A stretch of DNA of 64,000 bases from an uncultured Pelagibacteraceae bacterium (GTDB lineage Bacteria > Pseudomonadota > Alphaproteobacteria > Pelagibacterales > Pelagibacteraceae). This document shows, piece after piece, positions 19,125 through 28,313 of the stretch. Made by a program: the position numbers and the translations under genes. A model generated the notes under the pieces. That model saw nothing but the letters and a program-made list of their open reading frames with translations. It had not been told where the DNA came from and searched no databases. Position 1 is the first letter of the stretch, and each line of letters begins with the position of its first letter. The stretch is taken from NCBI GenBank assembly GCA_902564565.1, contig CACFBW010000005.1:3424-67423 (forward strand), in the 5' to 3' direction.

Positions 19125-21617
19125 ATGGAAAAAAATAAAATCACAGCTGTACTTGGGCCTACAAATACTGGAAAAACTTTTCTGGCCATTGAAACAATGC
19201 TTTCTTTTGAGTCAGGAATGATAGGGTTTCCTCTAAGACTGCTAGCTAGAGAAGTTTACGATAAAATTATTAAAAAAATTGATCCAAATAAGGTTGCTTT
19301 AATTACTGGAGAAGAAAAAATAATTCCTGCAAATGCCAGATACTACCTATGCACGGTAGAATCTATGCCTATTGACAAAAAATTAGAATTTGTTGGTGTT
19401 GATGAAGTGCAAATGTGTGCAGACCATGAAAGAGGTCATATTTTTACAGATAGACTTCTTAACCTGAGAGGGGAAAAATTAACAATGTTAATGGGGTCAA
19501 ATACTATAAAAAATATAATTTTAAAATTAAATGAAGATACAGAATTTATTAACAAAGAAAGATTTTCTAAACTTTCTTATTTAGGACACAAAAAAATTTC
19601 TCGAATAGATAGAAAAAGTGTAGTTATAGCTTTTTCTGCAGAAGATGTTTATGCAATTGCAGAGCTTATTCGAAGACAAAAAGGTGGAGCAGCAATTGTT
19701 ATGGGATCACTTAGTCCAAAAACAAGAAATGCCCAGGTAAATTTATATCAGTCAGGAGATGTGGATTTTTTAGTTGCCACTGATGCTATTGGTATGGGTA
19801 TAAATATGGATTTAGATAATGTTTATTTTTCTAATTTAAAAAAATTTGATGGAAAAAAACTTCGCAGATTAAATTTATCAGAAATAGGTCAAATTGCTGG
19901 AAGAGCAGGAAGATATTTAAATGATGGAAATTTTGGAATTACAGGAGAATGTAGCGAAATTAATGCTGAAGAAATAGAACTTTTAGAAAACCATAAATTT
20001 GAAGAAATTAAAACTTTATTCTGGAGAAATTCTAATCTCGATTTTAACAATTCATCAAACTTAATTGAATCCTTAGATCAAAGACCAAAAAAAGAATGGT
20101 TAAGAAGAATTAATGAGTGTGAAGACGAAAAAGTCTTAAAATATTTTTTAAAAGATCCGATTAAATATAATGTATCTAATGATAATAATGTATTAAGTTT
20201 GTTATGGGAATGTTGCCAAATACCAGATTTCGTTAAAAAGACCTACGGCAATCATTTAGAAGTTGTAAGTAAAGTTTTTAGTTTTTTAAATGGTCAAAGT
20301 AAAAAAGTAACCAATAATTTTATGAAAAAACAATTATCAACATTGAACAAACTAGAAGGAAACGTAGATTCATTATCAAATAGAATTGCTAACGTAAGAA
20401 CATGGTCATACGTTTCTAACAAAAAAAATTGGGTTGAAAATCAAGATTACTGGATTGAAAGAACAAAATTATTAGAAGATAAATTGTCGGATCGATTACA
20501 TGAAGAATTAAGTAAAAGTTTTATAGACAAAAGAGCTAGTGTTTTAGCAAGAGGACTAAAGCAAGATGTTACTTTTCATACAAAAATTATTGATAACGAA
20601 AAAGTAATGATTGATAACCAATTTATTGGGAAACTAAAAGGTTTAAAATTAGAACTTGATTTAAAAATTGGAACTCTTGATACAGACATAAAATCATTAA
20701 AGAAGGCTGCAAGACAAAGTATAGGGCCAGAATTTAATAAAAGAATTAAAAAAATAATTGCAACTGAACTATTAGAAATTAAAAATGATTTTAAAATTTA
20801 TTGGAATAATTTTCCAATAGCAAGATTGCAAGCTGGAAGAGATTATTTAGAACCAGAAATTTCTTTAATTGTGGATGATATCATCGAAAATAATGAACAA
20901 AAAAAACTTAAAGATCATCTTGAAAAATGGTTGAAAGAAAAAATTAATTTTACTTTAAAAAGTTTAATTGATCTTAAAAGTCTAAAAGAAAAAAACTCAT
21001 CAATTAGAGCATTGGCATATCAACTGTACGAAAATAATGGAGTAATCAAAAGAGAAAAAGTCTCAGATTATTTAAACAAGTTAGGGCAGGAAGAAAGAAA
21101 AATTTTAAGAAATTTAGGAGTAAAATTTGGAAGATATCATGTATTTCTTTTTAAATTACTAAAACCTGAATCAGTTCTTTTAAGAATCTTGCTTTGGAAA
21201 AACTATAACCAAAAACATCTTAACTTAAGCCCACCAAAGTTTGGCTTAAATTTTATAGAAAATACATACACCAAAAATAAAAGCTTTATGCTATTATGTG
21301 GTTTTGAAAACTTTGATAAATATTTTGTTAGAATTGATATATTGGAAAGGTTATTTATACAAATAATCAACACCAATAAAGAACATAAAGATAATAATAA
21401 AGAAGTTAAATTGATACCTGAAATGCTAAACTTGCTCGGATGCAGTAAAGAAAATTTTAAAAAACTTATTCAAAATATGAATTACAAAATATACGAAAAG
21501 GATAAAGAAACATATTTTAAATATTCTCCAAATAAAAATAAGTCCAAAAAATTTATTAAAAATAATCAGTCAAACGACAATCCATTTAAAATATTAAAAA
21601 ATATTAACTTCAATTAA
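19125..21617 (+). CDS. Suv3/MgpS-like SF2 helicase
   Basis: GPTNTGKT, DEVQ, ATDAIGMG and QIAGRAGR motifs. Confidence 0.92.
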   Translation: MEKNKITAVLGPTNTGKTFLAIETMLSFESGMIGFPLRLLAREVYDKIIKKIDPNKVALITGEEKIIPANARYYLCTVESMPIDKKLEFVGVDEVQMCADHERGHIFTDRLLNLRGEKLTMLMGSNTIKNIILKLNEDTEFINKERFSKLSYLGHKKISRIDRKSVVIAFSAEDVYAIAELIRRQKGGAAIVMGSLSPKTRNAQVNLYQSGDVDFLVATDAIGMGINMDLDNVYFSNLKKFDGKKLRRLNLSEIGQIAGRAGRYLNDGNFGITGECSEINAEEIELLENHKFEEIKTLFWRNSNLDFNNSSNLIESLDQRPKKEWLRRINECEDEKVLKYFLKDPIKYNVSNDNNVLSLLWECCQIPDFVKKTYGNHLEVVSKVFSFLNGQSKKVTNNFMKKQLSTLNKLEGNVDSLSNRIANVRTWSYVSNKKNWVENQDYWIERTKLLEDKLSDRLHEELSKSFIDKRASVLARGLKQDVTFHTKIIDNEKVMIDNQFIGKLKGLKLELDLKIGTLDTDIKSLKKAARQSIGPEFNKRIKKIIATELLEIKNDFKIYWNNFPIARLQAGRDYLEPEISLIVDDIIENNEQKKLKDHLEKWLKEKINFTLKSLIDLKSLKEKNSSIRALAYQLYENNGVIKREKVSDYLNKLGQEERKILRNLGVKFGRYHVFLFKLLKPESVLLRILLWKNYNQKHLNLSPPKFGLNFIENTYTKNKSFMLLCGFENFDKYFVRIDILERLFIQIINTNKEHKDNNKEVKLIPEMLNLLGCSKENFKKLIQNMNYKIYEKDKETYFKYSPNKNKSKKFIKNNQSNDNPFKILKNINFN

Positions 21618-22048
21618 TGCTTAAATTTTTCAAAAAAAAGAAAGAAAGTAATAATAATGAAAATTCAGAATTATTATTAAAAACTGCATCATTATTAGTG
21701 CATGCAGCAAAAATTGATGAAAATTACTCTTATATAGAAAAATCAATCATTAAAGAGGCTCTTTTAAATTTAGGTGCTACAAATTCTAGTATTGAAAAAT
21801 TAATTATAGATGCTGAAAATAAAGAAGAAAATTCAAATCAAATACTTGACTTTACAAAAGAAATTAAAAACACTAAAGAATCTTTTAAAATTAAAATTAT
21901 AGAAACCTTATGGAAAATTATATACTCAAATAAAAAAGTAGATATGTATGAATCCAATTTAATGAGAAGGTTGTGCGGCTTATTATATTTAGACAATAAA
22001 TTAGCAGGTGAAATAAAAGAAAGAGCAAAAAAAGACTTCCTAAAATGA
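21617..22048 (+). CDS. TerB family protein
   Basis: [10 protein letters not shown]...E and LWKIIYSN...YE pattern of TerB-like proteins. Confidence 0.75.
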   Translation: MLKFFKKKKESNNNENSELLLKTASLLVHAAKIDENYSYIEKSIIKEALLNLGATNSSIEKLIIDAENKEENSNQILDFTKEIKNTKESFKIKIIETLWKIIYSNKKVDMYESNLMRRLCGLLYLDNKLAGEIKERAKKDFLK

Positions 22049-22371
22049 CATATTTAGTAAATGACAAATGCATCAAATGTAAATTAACAGACTGTGTTGA
22101 AGTTTGTCCGGTTGACTGTTTTTATGAAGGAAAAAATATGCTTGTAATTAAGCCTGATGAGTGTATAGATTGTGGCGTTTGTGAACCTGAGTGCCCAATA
22201 GATGCAATAGTTCCAGACACTGAAGGTAACGTAGATAAATGGTTAAAATTAAATACAAAGTATTCAGAGATTTGGCCAAACATAAGTGCCAGAAAAGACC
22301 CACCTGAAGATCACGAAAAATATAAAGATGAAAAAAATAAATTTGAAAAATATTTTAAAGAAAACCTTTAA
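22045..22371 (+). CDS. fdxA: 7Fe/8Fe ferredoxin
   Basis: [18 protein letters not shown] and [12 protein letters not shown]. Confidence 0.96.
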   Translation: MTYLVNDKCIKCKLTDCVEVCPVDCFYEGKNMLVIKPDECIDCGVCEPECPIDAIVPDTEGNVDKWLKLNTKYSEIWPNISARKDPPEDHEKYKDEKNKFEKYFKENL

Positions 22372-23128
22372 AAAAACAAAAAGTAAAAAAAAGGTAAAGA
22401 AGTTAAAAAAAAGTAAAAATAAAATTATTAAAGTTAAAAATACAAAAATTAAAAAAATTAAAGAACTATCAGATAAAAAAAAAAAAATTTCTAGTAAAAA
22501 TGAAAATTTAAGAATATCTAAAACAAATGAAGTTAAACCTGAGATTAAAAAAATAAAAAAACAAGAAACAGCAAAAAAAGAATACAAACCTAAAGATTAT
22601 ATTGTTTATCCAAAGCATGGTGTCGGACAAATATTATCTATAAGCTCCAAAACAATTGGAGGAATTGAAGTTCAGTGCTATGACATAAAATTTGAAAAAG
22701 ATAAAGCAATTGGTTTACTACCAATAAATAAACAGAATAACTTAAGACCTCTTTCAACAATCAACCAAGTAAATAAATCAATTTCAATATTAAAAAGTAA
22801 ACCAAAAATAAAAAGGTCAATGTGGAGTAGAAGAGCTCAAGAATATGAACAAAAAATAACATCAGGTAAAATTTATGAACTTGCTGAAGTAGTGAGAGAT
22901 CTCAACAAAGGTGACGACTTAATGGTTGATCAGTCCTATAGTGAAAGACAACTATTTGAAAAAGCGTATGAAAGGATTTTATCGGAATTTCAAATAGTAA
23001 TGGGTATATCTTTAGAAGATACACAAAAAAAACTAGATAAAGCGTTAAAAAGAAATCTTGAGGCACAACAAGTAGTGCAAGCGCCAAAAATTGAACCCAA
23101 AACTGAAGAGCCAGCTGAAGCAACTTAA
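22328..23128 (+). CDS. carD: CarD/CdnL transcription factor with long Lys-rich N-terminal extension
   Basis: IVYPKHGVG and WSRRAQEY motifs; follows fdxA as in alphaproteobacteria. Start uncertain (ATG 22328 overlaps fdxA). Confidence 0.88.
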   Translation: MKKINLKNILKKTFKKTKSKKKVKKLKKSKNKIIKVKNTKIKKIKELSDKKKKISSKNENLRISKTNEVKPEIKKIKKQETAKKEYKPKDYIVYPKHGVGQILSISSKTIGGIEVQCYDIKFEKDKAIGLLPINKQNNLRPLSTINQVNKSISILKSKPKIKRSMWSRRAQEYEQKITSGKIYELAEVVRDLNKGDDLMVDQSYSERQLFEKAYERILSEFQIVMGISLEDTQKKLDKALKRNLEAQQVVQAPKIEPKTEEPAEAT

Positions 23129-23132
23129 TAAA

Positions 23133-23174
23133 AAAAAACGCTTCCCAAAACTATGTTTGTGAGAAGCGTTTTTT
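23133..23174. terminator. Bidirectional intrinsic terminator between carD and the basic microprotein gene
   Basis: AAAAAACGCTTC...GAAGCGTTTTTT hairpin with poly-A/poly-T flanks. Confidence 0.85.
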
Positions 23175-23188
23175 AAAAAAGAAATTTA

Positions 23189-23260
23189 TTATCTTCTTCT
23201 TCTTCTTTTTTTTGCTTTTTTCTTAGCTTTTTTCTTAGCTTTTTTTCTTCTTTTAGCCAT
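23189..23260 (-). CDS. 23-aa Lys/Arg/Ala microprotein MAKRRKKAKKKAKKKAKKRRRRR (protamine/histone-H1-like)
   Basis: Translated manually: ATG 23260, TAA TAA stops, SD GGGAG 6 nt upstream, TTGACA promoter upstream, terminator downstream. Confidence 0.8.
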   Translation of the reverse strand: MAKRRKKAKKKAKKKAKKRRRRR

Positions 23261-23310
23261 CTTTAGCTCCCTGTTTAGTTTTGCGAATCAAAATGATTCG
23301 CTATTTCTTA

Positions 23311-23339
23311 TTTTTATTTTTTTTAGCAACTTATGTCAA
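23311..23339 (-). promoter_or_regulatory. Sigma70-type promoter of the microprotein gene
   Basis: TTGACA (23339-23334), 17 nt, TAAAAA(T). Confidence 0.6.
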
Positions 23340-23460
23340 ATATTTATTTAATTAATAAATTTATAAAAAAATTTATAATTAAATGTAAAAAGTTATTTTT
23401 TGTAAAAGTTTAAAAAAATAAGATTATATGCGGATAATAATCAATTAAATTAAAGAAATT

Positions 23461-25176
23461 TTAATATAATTTTTCAAATTCTTTTTTATATTTGCTAATT
23501 ATTTTATATCTTTTTAATTTTAAAGTTGGTGTTAACATTCCATTTTCAATTGTAAATTGCTCATTAATTATGAAAAATTTTTTAATTTTTTCTATTTTGG
23601 ACAAATTTTTATTTATTTTTTCAATTTCTTCATAAATTTTTTCATTTGTTAAGTTTTTTTGATTAACATCAACACCCAAAACAATTAATGCAACTAAATA
23701 AGGTTTATTATCACCATAAACTAAAGCTTGTTCAATAAAGTTAATTTTTATTAGATCATTTTCAATTTTAACTGGTGAAATATTATCTCCACCAGGTGTA
23801 ATAATTATATCTTTTTTTCTATCTGTTATTTTCAAATAATTATTATTAAATTCACCAATGTCACCGGTATAAAGCCAACCATCTTTTAAAACTTTATTTG
23901 TTTCCTCTTTATTATTCCAATAACCCAACATAACATTTTCTCCTTTAATTAATATTTCTCCGTCTTCTGCGATTTTTACTAAATTTCCTTTAAAAGGTGG
24001 CCCTACTGTTTCTACTCTAATATCATGTATTGGATTGCAGCTTACAACTGGTGAAGTTTCGGTTAATCCATATCCCTGTAAAGTGGGCAATCCAATCGAA
24101 TTTAAAAATAAACCAACCTCTTTGTCAAGAGCCCCTCCTCCTGATACAAAAGCTCTTAATTTTCCACCAAACTGTTTTTTAATTTTTTTTCTAACTAAAA
24201 TTTCACATATAAAATCGAGCATTTTTTCAAAGAAAGAAAGTTTATTTTTTAATAATTTTTTTTTTCCTATTGTAATTGTATTTTCTATAAGTTTTTTTTT
24301 AAAACCTTTTACTTTACTAAAGTTTGAACTAATTTTTTGATACAAATTTTGATAAAATCTAGGAACAGCTGTCATGATTTCTGGGCTACAATCATTCATA
24401 TTTTTTATCAATTTTTCTATACTTTCTGCATAAAAAACTTTTGCTGCAACTGCTATCTGAACAAATTGAACTGTGTGTTCATAAGAATGTGAAAGGGGAA
24501 GCCAAGTTAAAAATCTTGCATCTTTATTAGAAACTATTGGTTTTAATAATTCACATGATCCTTCACAATTATTTAAAATACCCCCATGACTTAAAATAAC
24601 ACCTTTGGGATTACCTTGGGTTCCTGATGTATAAATTATACAAGCTGGATCTTTTCTTGAAATATTTAATTTTAAAAAATCAATATCATCTATTGTTTCA
24701 TTATTTTTAAATATTTCACTTATATTTAAATTAAGATCATTATCTAAATTATTTATTTTATCAAAAATAATAACTTTTTTTATAAAATTTTTATTAGGTA
24801 TTATATTTTTTATTTTTGAATATTGAATTGAATCAGAAACAAAAATTATTGAGGGAGAGCAGTCATTTATAATATATTCATAGTCTCTTTCGGTATAAGT
24901 TGTATATGCTGGAACGGAAATACATGATGATAGCATTATTGCCAGATCAGTTATCATCCATTCTGGTCTATTTTCTGAAATTATCAAACACCTATCACCC
25001 TTTTGAACATATTTTAAAATTTCTTTGGATAGTTTAATAATGCTTAAATAACTATCTTCCCAAGTATATTTTTGATTTTTTTCCTTTAAAGAATGTAAAA
25101 AAAAATTTTTTTTATTTTGATTTTTGTATTGAATAAAAAATAATTCTACTAAACTGTTAATTTTTTTAATTTGCAT
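23461..25176 (-). CDS. Long-chain fatty acid--CoA ligase (AMP-binding)
   Basis: IIYTSGTQGNPKG, GYGLTE, TGDIG and TPTLKLKR motifs. Confidence 0.92.
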   Translation of the reverse strand: MQIKKINSLVELFFIQYKNQNKKNFFLHSLKEKNQKYTWEDSYLSIIKLSKEILKYVQKGDRCLIISENRPEWMITDLAIMLSSCISVPAYTTYTERDYEYIINDCSPSIIFVSDSIQYSKIKNIIPNKNFIKKVIIFDKINNLDNDLNLNISEIFKNNETIDDIDFLKLNISRKDPACIIYTSGTQGNPKGVILSHGGILNNCEGSCELLKPIVSNKDARFLTWLPLSHSYEHTVQFVQIAVAAKVFYAESIEKLIKNMNDCSPEIMTAVPRFYQNLYQKISSNFSKVKGFKKKLIENTITIGKKKLLKNKLSFFEKMLDFICEILVRKKIKKQFGGKLRAFVSGGGALDKEVGLFLNSIGLPTLQGYGLTETSPVVSCNPIHDIRVETVGPPFKGNLVKIAEDGEILIKGENVMLGYWNNKEETNKVLKDGWLYTGDIGEFNNNYLKITDRKKDIIITPGGDNISPVKIENDLIKINFIEQALVYGDNKPYLVALIVLGVDVNQKNLTNEKIYEEIEKINKNLSKIEKIKKFFIINEQFTIENGMLTPTLKLKRYKIISKYKKEFEKLY

Positions 25177-25203
25177 TGTATTTTAATTTTTTATCTCATA
25201 ATT

Positions 25204-25288
25204 TGGTGGGCGAAGAGAGAATCGAACTCTCACTTCTTGCGAAACACGATTTTGAGTCGTGCGCGTCTACCAGTTCCGCCATTCGCCC
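25204..25288 (-). tRNA. tRNA-Leu(CAA)
   Basis: GGGCGAA...TTCGCCC A CCA; anticodon loop CT-CAA-AA; long variable arm. Confidence 0.96.
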
Positions 25289-25356
25289 TGAATTTGCATA
25301 AGTTATTATTATAAATTTAAATAGTATAAGAACTCAAATTGTATTAAAACCAAAAA

Positions 25357-25971
25357 ATGTTTAAAGAATTATACTATAAATCTTTAAAATTAGCAGGACA
25401 CAAGAGTTCAAATTTTTTTTTAGGTTTTATTTCATTTATTGAAAGTTTTGTTTTTCCAATTCCACCTGACGTTTTAATTATTCCTATGACAATTGCAAAA
25501 CGTAAAGCATGGTTAAAAATTGCTTTAATTGCTACTTCTTGTTCAGTGTTAGGTGCTTGTTTGGGTTATTTTATAGGTTACGTTTTTTTTAATGAAATCG
25601 GAATTAAAATATTTGAACTTTATGGGGTAGACAATACATCTTTTTTAAAAGAAAAAGTATCTTCTGAAGGTGGAACCGTCGCATGGATGACCTTGCTAGC
25701 AATTGCTGGCTTTACCCCTGTGCCTTTTAAATTGCTAACAATAACAAGTGGATTTGTTCACTTCAATTTATTTTATTTTATTATTGTCGCTTTTGTGACT
25801 AGAGGTTTAAGATTTTTCATAATTGCTTTTTTAATAGGAAATTTCGGATCAACAATGAAAAAAATCATAGAAAAAAAATTACTTAAATTATCAATTTTTA
25901 TTTCAATAATTTTAATAATATTTGCATATTTTGTTTATAATTTTCTAATAAAATTTACTAATCAAATATGA
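25357..25971 (+). CDS. YqaA/DedA family membrane protein
   Basis: SFIESFVFPIPPD and TPVPFK motifs. Confidence 0.9.
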   Translation: MFKELYYKSLKLAGHKSSNFFLGFISFIESFVFPIPPDVLIIPMTIAKRKAWLKIALIATSCSVLGACLGYFIGYVFFNEIGIKIFELYGVDNTSFLKEKVSSEGGTVAWMTLLAIAGFTPVPFKLLTITSGFVHFNLFYFIIVAFVTRGLRFFIIAFLIGNFGSTMKKIIEKKLLKLSIFISIILIIFAYFVYNFLIKFTNQI

Positions 25972-26453
25972 GTAGAATATTTAGTTTAAAAAAATACTTT
26001 TTGTTAATTTTTTTTATAAGTGTATTTTCTTTATTGAGTGTCACATACATTGAATTTGTATTAAATGAAAAACCCTGCAAACTTTGTATTTATCAAAGAA
26101 TTCCGTATGTAATTGCTATTTTTGTTTGTTTCTTAGGATTTACTTCACAAAAAAAAATTAAATGGTTGTTTTTTTTAGCTCTGACATTTATCTCTAGTTT
26201 ATTTTTATCCGGATATCACTTTGGTATAGAAAATAATATTTTTAATGAATTTTCTGGGTGCTCTAACTTAAATATAAACCTAATTGATAAAACTGATATA
26301 TTAAAATCTTTAAATAGCAACATGCCTAGCTGCAAAGAGGTAAATTTTAAGATATTTGGTTTTTCGCTTGCGACTATAAATTTATTTATTTCAATACTTA
26401 TAAGTCTATATACTATTAAATTATTAATAAATGAAAAAAACAGATCCAATTAA
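25968..26453 (+). CDS. dsbB: Disulfide bond formation protein B family
   Basis: PCKLCIYQR motif, second Cys pair, TM helices. Confidence 0.88.
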   Translation: MSRIFSLKKYFLLIFFISVFSLLSVTYIEFVLNEKPCKLCIYQRIPYVIAIFVCFLGFTSQKKIKWLFFLALTFISSLFLSGYHFGIENNIFNEFSGCSNLNINLIDKTDILKSLNSNMPSCKEVNFKIFGFSLATINLFISILISLYTIKLLINEKNRSN

Positions 26454-26964
26454 AGTTGAAGAATTCATCAGAGTTGACCACGCGGGAGAACGTGGAGCAA
26501 TTAAAATATATGAAGGTCAATTATTAGCTCTAAATACTTTAATTAAAGATGAAGATTTAAAAAAAACTATTGAAGAAATGAAACGTCACGAAAAAGTACA
26601 TTGTGAATATTTTGAAAATGAAATAAGAAAAAGAAATATCAAACCTACAAAACTATTGCCTTTATGGGATATTATTGGAGTAGGCCTTGGCTTTGGATCT
26701 GCTATTCTTGGAAAAAAAGCAGCAATGTTGTGCACAGCTTCAGTAGAAGAAGTAATAGATAAACACTATTTAAATCAAATAAATCAATTGGATTTAGATG
26801 AAAAAGATTTAAAAGAAAAAATTAAAAAATTTAGAGAAGATGAAATGCATCACAAAAATATAGCTTACGATGAGGGTGCAACTAAAAAAGGAATTTATTT
26901 TTTTTTAGATAAAGCAATTAAAACTGGCTCAAAAATAGCAATTAGTATTTCAGAAAAAATATAA
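26431..26964 (+). CDS. coq7: Demethoxyubiquinone hydroxylase
   Basis: IRVDHAGERGA, EKVH, VEEVI..HY and DEMHH di-iron motifs. Confidence 0.93.
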   Translation: MKKTDPIKVEEFIRVDHAGERGAIKIYEGQLLALNTLIKDEDLKKTIEEMKRHEKVHCEYFENEIRKRNIKPTKLLPLWDIIGVGLGFGSAILGKKAAMLCTASVEEVIDKHYLNQINQLDLDEKDLKEKIKKFREDEMHHKNIAYDEGATKKGIYFFLDKAIKTGSKIAISISEKI

Positions 26965-27531
26965 TTAAGGTTCTAGCTCGACGTCCCAATATAAATAGTC
27001 CATCCAACTTTCGTGTAAAAAATTTGGTGGAAAATTTTTTCCATTTTTATGTAAATCTTCAGTTGTAGGTTGGAAGGGTTTGTGATGAATTTTCATACCC
27101 GAATGAACTAACAATCGTCCTCCCTTTTTTACATTGCAACTCGAACAAGCTGTAACAACATTATCCCAGTTGGTTTTTCCTCCTTTTGATCTTGGCAATA
27201 AATGGTCAAAAGTTAATTCACTTTTACTACCACAATATTGACATGAAAATTTATCTCTTAAAAAAACATTAAATCTGGTAAAATTTGGATTCGATAATGG
27301 CCTTATATAACTTTTTAATGCAATGACACTTGGTAACTTCATGTAAAAAGAAGGACTTCTAATTACTCGGTCATAATTACTTACAATAGTAACTCTGTCT
27401 AGAAAAACTGATTTAATTGAATCTTGCCAACTCCATAAAGACAATGGATAGTAACTTAAAGGCCTGTAATCAGCATTTAAAACTAATGCTGGGCATTTTT
27501 CTAATGAAATATTTTGATCAAGAAAAGTCAT
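26965..27531 (-). CDS. HNH endonuclease (conserved solitary type)
   Basis: LVLNADY, RDKFSCQYCG, TFDH..PRSKGG and CSSCN. Confidence 0.9.
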   Translation of the reverse strand: MTFLDQNISLEKCPALVLNADYRPLSYYPLSLWSWQDSIKSVFLDRVTIVSNYDRVIRSPSFYMKLPSVIALKSYIRPLSNPNFTRFNVFLRDKFSCQYCGSKSELTFDHLLPRSKGGKTNWDNVVTACSSCNVKKGGRLLVHSGMKIHHKPFQPTTEDLHKNGKNFPPNFLHESWMDYLYWDVELEP

Positions 27532-27586
27532 TTTTAATTTAAGAGTAACTTAATTTATTTTATTTTTCAATAGAACTAAATTTTTA

Positions 27587-28249
27587 TTAATTAGTTATAT
27601 TTTCTTTAATAAAACTTAATGCTAAACTAGAAGCTTCAGCTGGAATATGATGTCCACATCCTTTAATCATTCTTGTTCGTATACTAACATTATTACGAAT
27701 TAAAAAATCTTTTGCTTCTAACAAGCTTGTTGATGACACCACTGCATCAAGATCACCATGGATTAAAAGAAATTTTGAATTTGATTTCTTTCTTTTTAAT
27801 AAATCTTCTTTATCTATTATTTTTCCTGAAAAACCAACAATACAAGCATAATTTTCTTGGCCCGTTAAACCTAAATTTATAGATAGCATACATCCTTGAC
27901 TAAAACCCGAAAGACAAATCTTTGAAGATACTAAATTAAAATTTTTTTTTACTTCCTCTATAAATTTTATCAATTTTTTTTCTGCTTTAATTGATTCCTG
28001 CAATATATGTTTTGGGTCATCTCTAGTTAAATCAAACCATTGAAATCCAGAAGGATTTATTGAACATATTTCGTGACCATCCGGGCACAAAAAAACTGTA
28101 TTTGGCAAAAACCTTCTCCAGTTTAAAGCCAACATGCTTATATCTTTTCCATCTCCTCCGTAGCCATGAAGCAAAATAACTGTATTATTTATTGGAAGAT
28201 TTTTTTCAGGTTTTATTATGATTGTGTTAAGAGAAAATTGCATAAACAC
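27587..28249 (-). CDS. Phospholipase/carboxylesterase (alpha/beta hydrolase)
   Basis: LLHGYG, GFSQG, HGDLDAVV and GH motifs. Confidence 0.9.
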   Translation of the reverse strand: MFMQFSLNTIIIKPEKNLPINNTVILLHGYGGDGKDISMLALNWRRFLPNTVFLCPDGHEICSINPSGFQWFDLTRDDPKHILQESIKAEKKLIKFIEEVKKNFNLVSSKICLSGFSQGCMLSINLGLTGQENYACIVGFSGKIIDKEDLLKRKKSNSKFLLIHGDLDAVVSSTSLLEAKDFLIRNNVSIRTRMIKGCGHHIPAEASSLALSFIKENITN

Positions 28250-28313
28250 AATTCTTTATTTTAAAAAATTTTAATACTAAAAATTTCATACTAAATGAGT
28301 ATAATTAAATATC

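Noticed and set aside
23340-23460. AT-rich stretch with one DnaA-box-like TGCGGATAA (23429-23437) as oriC
   Set aside because: Single imperfect box; AT richness is the genome background.
11642-25288. tRNA genes as island integration sites
   Set aside because: No integrase, no duplicated tRNA 3' end noticed, and flanking genes are housekeeping.
26965-27531. HNH nuclease as a homing, mobile or defence element
   Set aside because: Looks like the widespread solitary LVLNADY-type HNH gene in a housekeeping context; no intron, methylase or repeats nearby.
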